NCBI RefSeq assembly: GCF_004010195.1
Contig: NC_057750.1
Location: forward strand, 10,810,524 to 10,830,523
Length of the DNA: 20,000 nt
Direction of reading: 5' to 3'
Source: Chiloscyllium plagiosum
Taxonomy: Eukaryota
Numbering within the stretch: position 1 is the stretch's first letter; every line of letters starts with the position of its first letter. Shown here piece after piece: positions 9,495 to 19,321 of the stretch. Below the pieces are notes generated by a model. The model saw only the letters and a program-made list of their open reading frames with translations. It ran no database searches and was not told the origin of the DNA. The translations under genes were made by a program, and so were the position numbers.

Positions 9495-9618
9495 TTTCAA
9501 TTCTGATTAATTTAACTTCCATTCTAACAGCACCTTGGTGGGATTTGAACCTATAGTCTTTGAAGCATTAGCCTTCACCTCTGGACTCCTAGTCTAATGA
9601 CATTACCATTTCACCACC
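9495..9618 (-). mobile_element. Family A-like SINE head
   Basis: Minus ggtggtgaaatggtaatgtcattagactag...ggttcaaatcccacc (B-box); colinear with 270-375. Confidence 0.6.
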
Positions 9619-10180
9619 CCTTGGGGTAGCAGTAGTACTCTCAGCTCCTGACTCTGAATACACTATACAGCCTATTCAAAGCCTTACTAGAACCCAAAGC
9701 CCCAGTCCACTGCACAAAACCCAAGAGCTTGATGAAGCAGGCTTAAGTCTGTATCAGTTTGTTGCACTTTCTAAAATTCCCTTTAAATAAATAGGTTTCT
9801 ATAATCAAAGTTACTTAGTCTAAACACTCAAAGATTCCACTTTGTGGGTTTCTGGCTTATTTATGTTTCACAAGCAAGATCCCCACTCTGCCTCTCGAAT
9901 TACAGCCACTGTATTTGTCCAGTTGAAAGTCTACAATCAAAATAACAGAGGTAGGTTTTGGCTTTCTGTGATAATGTAATACAATAAAAGTAAGCTCATT
10001 TAATAATTAAATCCACTTTTCTTTCCATCACCACTGAAGTCAAGGTAGATGCCCATCACCTTCCTAACTCTCCCTCCCCATGCAGTCAAGACGTGAAGAG
10101 ATCAAGCCCCACTCCAGGGACATGATGGAAGTATTAACCCATTGTTAAACAGTTATCATTAACAGGTGTAATAACATTTG

Positions 10181-10258
10181 AGGTGGCATGGTGGCTCAGT
10201 GGTTAGCACTACTACCTCACAGTACCAGGGACCTGGGTTCAATTCCAGCCTCAGGTGA
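10181..10258 (+). mobile_element. HE1 SINE tRNA head only (3'-truncated)
   Basis: Closely matches 4935-5012, with intact A-box and B-box; stops before the V-domain. Confidence 0.85.
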
Positions 10259-10350
10259 CAGTCCTGAGGAAGTGCTGCACCATTGGAAATGCCACCTTAC
10301 CGATGAGATGTCACGTTCAGGCCTCATCTGTTACTCTTGAGTGGATGTGC
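10259..10350 (+). mobile_element. Deu-domain SINE core fragment
   Basis: cagtcctgaggaagtgctgcaccattggaaatgccacctt..gatgagatgtca; shares gatgagatgtca with 3901-3912. Confidence 0.55.
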
Positions 10351-10857
10351 ATCAGAACAGCATAAGGCAGCAGTCTCTCAGCAATGCAAGATCAAATTCA
10401 TGAGTTTTTAATGTCAAGCAGCCTACCTATGGTGGCTAAACAACAGAGGTTCAAAAGAGACAGATCAAACCTGGAGTTGCAGCAATGCAGATAATCCAAA
10501 CCAATTTTTAAGATATCGACATGCTAAATGCTAGATTTCATCACACTGCAATAAATGAATGCACTTCAGAGCAATTCATCATGCTAAACACTTTAACTAT
10601 CCTAGGAAAGGTGATGAGGCAGTGTACAGAATCAGAGAAAGAACTTTATACAATAGAAGGCCTTTTGACCCATTGGGCCTGTGCTGCTGTTCACTCCAAC
10701 TGCAACAATATTAGAGAAGATGGGTTATGTTCCTTGAAGAGTAACTCAGAGATTGGTCTATAATGAATCAATGAGTTCCAGTCACAACCTGGCAACTGTA
10801 TCCCTAATGCAGTCTCCAATGGCAACACCTTTATCAATCGGAGTAGATTCGACAAAC

Positions 10858-10922
10858 CTTTTTGCAGTCAGTGTAAATGTTGTTCCCTTTGAAATGTGGC
10901 ATTCTTGCGTCTGTCCTGATGA
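10858..10922 (-). other. Candidate 65-nt exon of an unidentified gene
   Basis: Acceptor ttttctgtcttgcag|, donor AAG|gtttgt, two open frames (IRTDARMPHFKGNNIYTDCKK or SSGQTQECHISKGTTFTLTAK), in sequence I do not recognise as repeat. No homolog recognised. Confidence 0.25.
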
Positions 10923-11057
10923 CTGCAAGACAGAAAACCTTGACAGCCTGTTTCCTTTTTCTTTCAGAAACATTAAAATTCAATAAGTTAAATACATTTG
11001 GGGACTTAGATAAATGCTAGCACATGTTGCCATGAAACCGCTGAATGGAAGTAAAGC

Positions 11058-11256
11058 CCCTCTTTGGGAAGGAAATCTGCCATCTTTACCTGGTCAAGAG
11101 AATACCAGACTCCAGACCATCAGGCAATGTAATGTAATTAGCTCTTAACTGTCTTCTGCAGTGGCTCAGCAAACCATTCAAGCAGATGGCTTACTATGAC
11201 CTTCTGAAGGGCAATTAAGACTGGAGAATAAATCCTGACGTTCCCAGAAACATGCC
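11058..11256 (+). mobile_element. Family A-like SINE 3' half
   Basis: gggaaggaaatctgccatctttacctggtc...gactccagacc...gggcaattaagactggagaataaat is an inverted homolog of 50-185. Confidence 0.6.
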
Positions 11257-11839
11257 TGAATCAAGGCAGCCCAGGCCTCTGGATTACAATTCAGTAAAAT
11301 TATCATATCCCGCCATACTATGTCTCATGAGTTTTTTAAAAAATGACAGTCCGGTTCCAAATTGACCAGAGCAAAGACAGTTGGAAAATAGGGATGATTT
11401 TAGTCAGATCTTTCACTTCATTTCATAGCACAGGATGCATTATTATCACTGCTGAATTCTGGGGCCTTCAATAGAAGGCAGTGAGCACTATGCAGATATA
11501 AATGAACAAAATTTTTTTGGAGGGAAAAATTAGAACATTTAGAAAATAGACCGGGGCTCCCAAACTAATTTCCCACCATTTCAAGGCTGGAAAACTGTGG
11601 GGACTCCTCGGTGAGGATTCAGGTAAGAGGAGGGAACACAATGTGAGGGACCAGTAAGAGGAGGGATGGAAATGGAGCAAACAGTAAAGGTTGGGGTGGG
11701 AAGGAGGGGGTGATGTATAAGAATAGGGGTACGGGGAGGACCTAGAAGAGAGGGGGAGGGGTTACATTGAGTGGGCACTGCAAGGAAATTGTAGGAGTGC
11801 AAAAAGGGTGAATAAACAGCAGAGTTGGGAGACAAGAGT

Positions 11840-12100
11840 CCTCGTTCTTTCTCTTTCCCTCTTGCTTTGTTCCTCTGTTTCTCAGCTTTTTGCTGTCTCC
11901 ATCTCTCTCTCTCTCTCCGCTTCCCCCCCACCATAGAGTCATAGTTCCTTTTTCTCTTGCTCTGTTTCTGTTTTTGAGTATATGGTTGTTTGTACATGTG
12001 TGTGTTTGTGAGAATATTTCTTGTCTGTGTACCTGTGTACATGTTTATGTTTGTGTATGTGAATGCTTGTGTGCAGATGTATCTGCTTGGCCAGTTTGTG
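11840..12100. repeat. CT-rich then TG-rich low-complexity tract
   Basis: (CT)n core around 11902-11917 and degenerate (TG)n around 11990-12100. Confidence 0.8.
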
Positions 12101-12742
12101 TAACTGACCATTTTGATCACCAGATGCTTGTTAATTGTATTTTTCAGGTTAAGAGTAAACAGGTGGAGAGTACTGTTTGAATAAGTATCTTAGCACACAC
12201 AAAAAAATACTTCTGGGTTATGCAGAGGGTTGGGTTGGCACATTGGTGTATACAAGGCAGACATACATAATGCTGCATTCAGTAAATGTACTATTGAGAA
12301 AAGAATTGGTGTCTAGATCTATTCTTCACCATCTGACTTAGATCAGTGCAACATTTAAGGGGTTTGGACTTCCCTTCACTAGCACAGGACATGCTCAGTC
12401 TCTACTGCCAGGTAAGCTCAGTCTCTGGTCAACTTCACATTCCTCCCATCACCAACAAATGAGGAGTGGGCAGATTTCAGGACAGATCAGTCAGCAGGGA
12501 ACGAGTTGATTGAGTCTGACAGTGAAGTTTGGGACCAGGGAGAGATTATAACAAAGGCACAGAAGAAGCTTTACCAATTGAAATGACTTTTGGGCCCAAA
12601 GATTATCCATTTTATGCAGCTAGTGCATCCAACTGCCTCCTCGCTGACATCTGGAATTGAATAGTTACAGTTAGTTCCAGTTGAAGACATTTTTTGACAG
12701 CAGCCTACAGTGCAAATAGTCAACATTTATGCAGCAAGATAA

Positions 12743-12793
12743 GGGACACTCGCTGTGTAACAGTATAGAGTCATTGTTTATTCAGGAGGGTAT
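12743..12793 (+). repeat. 51-bp minisatellite, upstream unit
   Basis: gggacactcgctgtgtaacagtatagagtcattgtttattcaggagggtat aligns without gaps to the unit at 14574-14624. Confidence 0.8.
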
Positions 12794-13512
12794 AAATGAG
12801 CTGGTCAGTGGCAAATGTAATTCAAACCTCAAGTGTGAGGTGATGATCCTGCTCAGGACAGACAAGGAAAGGAAATACATGATGAAAGGTGGGATCCTGG
12901 GAAGTACAAAGGATGAGAGGAGCCTTAAGGAAGCAGGACAGGTAGCTAAAGTGGTGAAGAAGGCATGTGGGATATTTGCCTTTATGAGTCAAGGGACAGA
13001 GTTGAAGAGCAGGAAAGTTAAGCTGGAACTGCGTGAAATGTTGTTTCGGCCACAACTAGTGTAGTGTGCAGTTCTGGACTTCACATTGAAGGAGGGATAT
13101 GACTGCACTGGAGAATGTGCAAAGATTAACTAGGGTGTTGTCTGGGATGGAGAGTTTTAGTTATGAAAAGAGATTAGATTGGGAATGTTTTCCTTCGAGT
13201 AGAGGAGTTTGGGGGGGGGTGAGTACATTTTTGAGATGTATAAAATTATCAGGTACATAGATGTGGTAGATGGAAAGAAATGTTGCCCCTGATGGAGGGG
13301 TCAGTGACCAGGGGCCATAGATTTAAGGTAAGTAGCAGGAGGTTTAGAGGGGATGTGAGGAAAAACGTTTTCACCCAGAGGGAGCTCACTGCCAGTAAGG
13401 GTGGTAGAGGCAGAGATCTTCATAACATTAAGAAGTCTTTAGATGCACACTTCTGATGCAATAGCATTCATGGCTGTGGACCAAGTGCTGGGAAGTGGGA
13501 TTAGATTAGTTA
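12794..13512 (+). mobile_element. Older CR1 LINE 3' part; tail continues at about 14046-14070, 14286-14307 and 14445-14473
   Basis: KCEVM...QVAKVVKKACGIFAFMSQGTELKSRKVKLEL...RPQL are CR1 ORF2 motifs with stops and frameshifts. Terminal agggtctatttctgtgctgtagacctccatga. Confidence 0.85.
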
Positions 13513-14045
13513 TAGAGTCATAGAGATGTACAGCATAGAAACAGACCCTTTGGTCCAACTTGTCCATGTCGACCAGATATCCCAACCCAATCTAGTCCCA
13601 CCTGCCAGCACCCGGCTCATATCCCTCCAAACCCTTCCTATTCATATACCCATCCAGATACCTTTTAAATGCTGCAATTGTACCAGCCTCCGCCACTTCC
13701 TCTGACAGCCCATTCCATACACGTACCACGCTCTGTGTGAAAAAGTTGCCCCTTAGGTCCCTTTTATATCTTTCCCCTCTCACCCTAAACCTATGCCCTC
13801 TAGTTCTGGACTCCCCCATCCCAGGGAAAAGAATTTGACTACTTATCCTATCCATGCCCCTCATGATTTTAGAAACTTCTATAAGGTTACCCCTCAGCCT
13901 CTGACACTCCAGGTAAAATAGCCCTAGCCTATTCAACCTCTCCCTATAGCTCAAATCCTCCAACCCTGGCAACATCCTTGTAAATCTTTTTGAACCCTTT
14001 CAAGTTTCACAACATCTTTCCGATAGGAAGGAGACCAGAATTGCA
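13513..14045 (-). mobile_element. Younger CR1 LINE (HER1-like) 3' fragment nested antisense
   Basis: ORF 13592-13975: MLPGLEDLSYRERLNRLGLF.LE..RLRGNLIEV.KIMRG...FFTQSVVRVWNGL. Tail ctctatgactcta. Confidence 0.95.
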
Positions 14046-14070
14046 GAGTTAGGCGATTGTTTTTGACTGA

Positions 14071-14274
14071 GTTAAAAATCTCACAACACCAGGTTTAATT
14101 GGAAGCACTAGCTTTTGGAGCACCGCTCCTTCATCAGGTGGTGCCACAACTATCTGATGAAGGAGCAGCGCTCCGAAGGCTAGTGCTTCCAATTAAACCT
14201 GTTGGACTATAACCTGGTGTTGTGTGATTTTTAACTTTGTACACTCCAGTCCAACACCGGCATCTCCAAATCAA
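14071..14274. mobile_element. Penelope-like remnant, family 3: fold-back with 11-bp TSD and two mutated hammerhead cores
   Basis: Inverted arms about 14071-14137 and 14154-14235 (left arm lacks 15 bp), tail to 14274, TSD TTTTTGACTGA at 14060-14070 and 14275-14285. Plus: CTGATGA-A-GGAGC(AGC)GCTCC-GAAG-GCTA. Minus: CTGATGA-A-GGAGC(GGT)GCTCC-AAAA-GCTA. Confidence 0.85.
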
Positions 14275-14307
14275 TTTTTGACTGATGCAGACTCAATAGG
14301 TAGAAGG

Positions 14308-14432
14308 AGAAAGTGAGGACTGCAGATGCTGGAGATCAGAGCTTAAAAATGTATTGCTGGAAAAGCGCAGCAGGTCAGGCAGCATCCAAGGAGCAAGAGA
14401 ATCAATGTTTCGGGCATAAGCCCTTCTTCCTG
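14308..14432 (-). mobile_element. Penelope-like family 1 solo pseudo-LTR
   Basis: Reverse complement of about 1032-1150. Degenerate TSD ATAGGTAGAAGG (14296-14307) versus ATAAGCAGAAGG (14433-14444). Confidence 0.8.
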
Positions 14433-14473
14433 ATAAGCAGAAGGGTCTATTTCTGTGCTGTAGACCTCCATGA

Positions 14474-14664
14474 GGGTCACTCACTGTGTAACTACCAGAT
14501 CACTGTTTATTGAACAGGGTAAGAATCAGTTATTGTGTAATTGTATACAGTCAGTATTAATTCTGCAGAGTAAGAGATACTCATTGTGTAACTGTACAGA
14601 GTCAGTATTTATTCAGCAGGGTATGGGTCACTCACGGTGTATCCATACAGAATCAGACTTTATT
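14474..14664 (+). repeat. 51-bp minisatellite, about 3.8 units
   Basis: Units start at 14474, 14523, 14574 and 14625 (spacing 49, 51, 51). Confidence 0.85.
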
Positions 14665-15029
14665 AAAATGGATCACATTTTGACTTGGTGGATTTCCAGA
14701 AATCATGATGTTGATCAAGATATAAAGATCTGAAAGGTATGTGCTTATCGGTAGTACCGTCTCCTCCCTATCGCTCTCCAATCTCACTGATCCAAAAACC
14801 AAGCTATCTGTCAATTAACCACCAAAAAGGAAGTTCAGAGTTGAACTTCATAGGACAAATAGAGGTCAATATCAGAAAATAACACTGAGTCTGAATATTG
14901 GAATGATCTGTACGTCAGCCTCTGCACATCTTTTCCAGTCTTTCTCAGGACCTCATGGCAACCCAAACGTTTCTGAAGTCTTTGTGCTCTTGGATGTTTA
15001 TGATCTGGGTTTGTTTTTTAATTTAAATG

Positions 15030-15622
15030 AGGATTCTTTCTTTCTTTCTTGCCTTACCTCTGTCTGCTTACTCTTTCCTTTTCTCTCACTATCTCATTCT
15101 CTTTTCTATCTCACTGTCTGCCTCTAGCATTAAATGTGAACTCTTTCTTCCAATCTCTGTTTCCGCCATTGTCTCCAATATTCCTCTCACTGCTCTACTG
15201 CCTGTACTTTTTTTTTCTCCCGTTCTCCATCTCTTCACTTGCATCAAACTCTGTCTTTCTCTGCCTCTCACTTCCCCTCCTCTTATCTTTATTTCTTCAT
15301 GTCTCAGTTTTTTTACTCTTCCCGTATCTCTCTTGCCCTTTCCTATTCTTTTCCCTCATTTTCTTTATTTGTCTCTCAGCTTTTTGCTCTCTCCGTCTCT
15401 TTCCCTCCCTTTTCCTGTTCCTTTTTCTCTTGCTGTTTGTCAGTTTGTCTGCACTTCTTAAAAGTCCATCTCCCTTCTCTTTCCGTGTCTCTGCTTATCT
15501 GTCTCTCACCCCTGTCCATTCTTCCTTTCATGCTTCCCCCCCCAACTCTCACTATCTTTTTTACTTAGTCTCTCCTTTCTTGCTTTTTCTCTCTGTTCCG
15601 CAACAGAATCCTCTGTCTCTGC
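15030..15622. repeat. About 600-bp polypyrimidine (CT-rich) tract
   Basis: Plus strand is mostly C and T, which explains the overlapping F/L/S-rich ORFs. Confidence 0.9.
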
Positions 15623-16099
15623 AGCTTGTCTTCAACTGAATTTTGAAATAATTTCCAAATGTTCTCAGTAAGGTGGGAATTGGTGAACACCCTGTATTTG
15701 AGTTGTCATGGTGCATTGGTTTCAAAGGTCTTCAAAAGCAGTAAACTATAGTACCTTATCAGTTGTCTACACCTGACACAGCTGAGTCAAAGCAGCATCT
15801 TGTGTATCTGCTCACATCAGCTGCTGCTGTCAAATGCTCAAACAAATGGCTCTTAGATTCTGATCAAGATAGAATGTTAGCAGTGGTGTCCAATTCACTC
15901 TTTACCTTTTACCTACATTTCTTTTGTGGTTTGACAAGTTGAAGATTTCTCTGGTTACTGAGGGCCAGATCATCGTAAAGAAATGGGAGGGGACCATTAT
16001 GTGGGAAGTGTGAGAGTTGTGTGATCAAAAGTCACCAGAGAGTAGGATTTACACTGGCGAGAGTTACAAGAGATCCCGGATGTAGGGTATAAAAGAAAA

Positions 16100-16342
16100 T
16101 TAGAAATAACAGCAGGGGTAGGCTGTTTGGCCCCTTGAGCCTGTAGCACTATTCCATATGATCCTGTAGCACCATTCCATATGATCATGATTGATTTGAT
16201 CTTGATCTCAACACCACTTCAACCTGTTCCCATCACCTTGACTCTTCTAGAATCAAATGCCTGTCCACCTACACCTTGGGTATTTTCAGTGACACCCCTA
16301 TTCCAAGGTCTCACAACCCTCGAGAAGAAATTCCACTTCATG
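16100..16342 (-). mobile_element. Degraded CR1 tail with a 23-bp tandem duplication
   Basis: agcaggggtaggctgtttggccccttgagcctg. ctgtagcac(t/c)attccatatgatc occurs twice (16141-16163 and 16164-16186). Confidence 0.65.
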
Positions 16343-16356
16343 ACTGTATTATATGA

Positions 16357-17640
16357 TTTCTTTTTTATTCACTCGTGGTATCGTGGCCAACATTTAGTTC
16401 CTAGTTGCCCTGGGAAAATGGTGATGGATGCTTCTTGATCCGCTGTAATCCACATGCCATACGTTGACCAACACTGCCTTTAGGGAGGAAATAAGATTTT
16501 GACCCAGCAACAGTAAAGGTATAGGAAAAGTCAGGATGGTGAATGGATTGGGGGATAACTTGAAGGGGGGTGATGTTTCTACATATCTGGTACCCTTGAC
16601 CTTCCAGTGGAAATGGTCGTGGTTTGGAAAGTGCTTCTAAGAATCTTTGGCAAATTTCTGCAGTGTGCATTGTGGATAGTGCTTACTCCTGCTGCTGAGT
16701 GTCAGTGGTGGAAGGAATGAATGCTTGTGGATGTGGTGCCAAGCAAGTGGGCTGCTTTGTCCTGGATGGTGTCAAGCTTCGTTAATGTTGTTGGAGATGT
16801 ACCAATCTAGGCTAGTGGAGAGCATTCATCACACTCCTGACATGTACCTTTAGATGGTGTGCAGGCTTAGGGGAGTAAGGCAGTGAGTTACTGCAGCATT
16901 CCTAGTCTCTGACCTGCTCTTGTGCTACTATGTTTGTGTGGTAAGTCCTTTGAGTTTTCTGGTCAATGGCACCCAAAGGATGTTGACAGTGAGTGATTCT
17001 GTGATAGTTGCATCATTGAATGTCAAGGACAGTAATTAGATTGTCTATTATTGGAGATGGTCATTGCCTGGCATTTGTGTGGCATGAATGTCAGCCAAGT
17101 TTGGAGATTGTCCAGATCTTGTTGCATTCGGACTGCATCAGTATCTAAGGAGTTGTGAATAGTGCTGAATATTGTGCAGTCATCGATGGATATTCCCACT
17201 TCTGACCTTATATTGGAGGGATGTCATTGATGAAGCAGCTGAAAATGGTTGCACCTGATGGACACAACTTTGAAGAATTGCTGCAGAAATCCACAACCAT
17301 CTTTCTATGTGCCAAGTTGACTCTGACCAGCAGAGACCTTTCTCCCTGATGCCCACTGATTCCAGTTTTTCTTGGACTCCATGATGCCTCACACAGTTGA
17401 ATGTGGCCTTGATGTCAGGGGCTGTCACTTTCACCTTGACTCTAGAATTCAGCTCTTATGTCCATGTTTGAACCAAGGTCACGATGTAATGTGGTCAGAA
17501 GCTGAGTGGCTGTGGCAGAACTTAAACTGGGCATCACTGTCCAGGTTATAGCTGAGCAGGCGCTGCTTGATAATGCTGTTGATGACAACTTCCATCACTT
17601 TACAGTAATTGGCCAGGTTGGATTTATCCTGCTTTTTATG
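16357..17640 (-). mobile_element. CR1/L2-group LINE (family B), 1.3-kb degraded RT region plus 3' end
   Basis: Minus peptide VTAPDIKATFNCVRHHG..EKLESVGI is a decayed RT motif (DxxxAFDxVxH). The 3' part is an inverted homolog of 2604-2872 and 18000-18620. Confidence 0.85.
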
Positions 17641-17769
17641 TCAAGAACATACATGCAGAACAAAGCCATGTGCTTGGTTCCAGATTGTCCAATGAAGAGG
17701 GAGCACTTTCGCATATCTCAAGGTTGTGAAAGACATTATACAAGTGCACAATTACTTTTAATCTTGGAT

Positions 17770-17986
17770 ACGTACTGGTTGGGCCAGAATTTATTGCCCA
17801 TCCCTAAATGTTTCTGAGACTGTGGTGGTGAGCCATCTTCTTGAACCCATGCAGTCTATGTGTTGTAGGGACACGCACAGTGATGATAGAGAGCAAGTTC
17901 AATGATTTTGACTCAGAGAGTGTACAAATGGTGATATATTTCCAAGGATTGTATGTGACTGGGAGGGTGCTTGCAGGAGGTGGTCC
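17770..17986 (-). mobile_element. Family B LINE 3' end
   Basis: tttattgcccatccct...ggtggtgagccatcttcttgaac is the reverse complement of about 2770-2826. Confidence 0.75.
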
Positions 17987-17989
17987 AGC

Positions 17990-18620
17990 TATATAAATGC
18001 TTTGGCCACAACAGCACGTCAGAGGCTAAAAATCTTGCAGTGGATAACTCACCTCCTGACTACCCAAACCCTGTCTATCATCGACAAGGCACAAGTCTGG
18101 AGTGTGATAGAATACTTCCCTCTTGTCTGGATGAGTGCAGTTTCAACAACATTCAACAAACTCATCACCATGCAGGTCAAAGCAGCCTGCTTGTTTGGCA
18201 CTCCATCCACCATCTTTCACTCCTGTTCACTCCCTTCACCGCTGACATTCATTCACAGTATTGTGTACCATTTATAAAATGCACTGCAACAACCCACCAA
18301 GAGAACTTTGGACTTCCAAATCCATGACCACTTTCATGCAGAAGGAAGAGGGCAGCAGATACATGGGAACACTTCTACCTGCAAGGTCTCCTCCAAGACA
18401 ATTACTATCCTGACTTGGAAATATATCGCAATTCCTTCAGTGTTACTGGCTGAAAAACCTGGAATTTCCTCGCTAACTGCATCGTAGATCTACCCACACC
18501 AAACAGATTGCAATGGTTCAAGAAAGTGGTGCACCACTACTTGCTCAAAGGAAAACTTAGGGACTGGCTACCAATGATGTCCCAGCCACCGATACTCACA
18601 TCCTGTGATTGAATAAAAAA
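17990..18620 (+). mobile_element. Family B LINE 3' fragment
   Basis: ARQRLKILQWITHLLT.QTLSII.KAQV.SVIEY..LVW...KL..MQ.KAACL is a LINE ORF2 C-terminal region. Tail ends gaataaaaaa. Confidence 0.85.
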
Positions 18621-19197
18621 TGGACCCACTTCCCTTTGAGCTATGTAGTCATAGCTGTGTTCAGGTATCCGTGGAGTAGGCAATCCTGCCTTCGTCCTTG
18701 ACCTCCCAGCAAGCGGTCTCTCCCTCCTCCACCACTCCTCAGCCACCACTGCAGTGGCAATGATTAACCTGTGCACTTAGAATCCATTCATATGTCTCCA
18801 AAGGAATGTGGCTGTAACTAGGAGAGAATTAAAGGAACACAAGAAAGTGAATGATTACAGATCAAGGGCGTGTTGTTATGAGACGCTGGTGATAGTGCTT
18901 CGATGAAAGAGGGCTTTATCTGTCCATAGACCCTGATGGGAATTGCACACAAAACAATGAAAGACTCAATACAAACCTCGGGAGCTCCTTGTGTTTGACT
19001 CCCTGATACATCACTTAGTTTTCTGTGATATTGGATCTGATGCACAAGAGTATCACTTTCATAATTATAATCATAATTACAGAGATAATTCCAACTTGTC
19101 TTTTAATTATTATTTTTACTGTCTGCCTCTGATGATAATGTTGCAAAATCATCACCCAATCGGAATTATGCTTCATAATCTCTCACAGGAACCCATC

Positions 19198-19321
19198 AAA
19201 GTGACAGTCCAAATACCTGGATCCCTTTAAAATGACAGTCCAAACATCTGGAGTCTTTCAGAATGACAACCCAAACAACCAGATCCTTGTAAAGCGACAG
19301 TCTGACCACTTGGATCTCTTC
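19198..19321 (+). repeat. 31-bp minisatellite, 4 diverged units
   Basis: Units at 19198, 19229, 19260 and 19291; consensus about aaaatgacagtccaaacacctggatcctttc. Confidence 0.8.

Noticed and set aside
9875..9950. Possible plus-strand exon QDPHSASRITATVFVQLKVYNQNNR with a cadherin-like look
   Set aside because: Weak acceptor, lacks the DxNDN motif, and no supporting neighbouring exons.
10782..10973. VAIGDCIRDT as a GDS(L) esterase block I
   Set aside because: The catalytic Ser is absent and no further CR1 ORF1 similarity follows.
14700..14736. 37-nt segment between ag and gtatgt
   Set aside because: Stops in all three frames and a poor pyrimidine tract.
15027..15639. Hydrophobic 109-196 aa ORFs resembling membrane proteins
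   Set aside because: Open in all three frames because CT-rich DNA lacks stop codons.
491..17882. CACAGTG/CACTGTG heptamers as V(D)J recombination signals
   Set aside because: No nonamer at 12/23 spacing seen and no V or J segments; the heptamers lie inside repeats.
14474..19321. CRISPR-like interpretation of the periodic repeats
   Set aside because: Units are contiguous with no unique spacers, the context is eukaryotic, and there are no cas genes.
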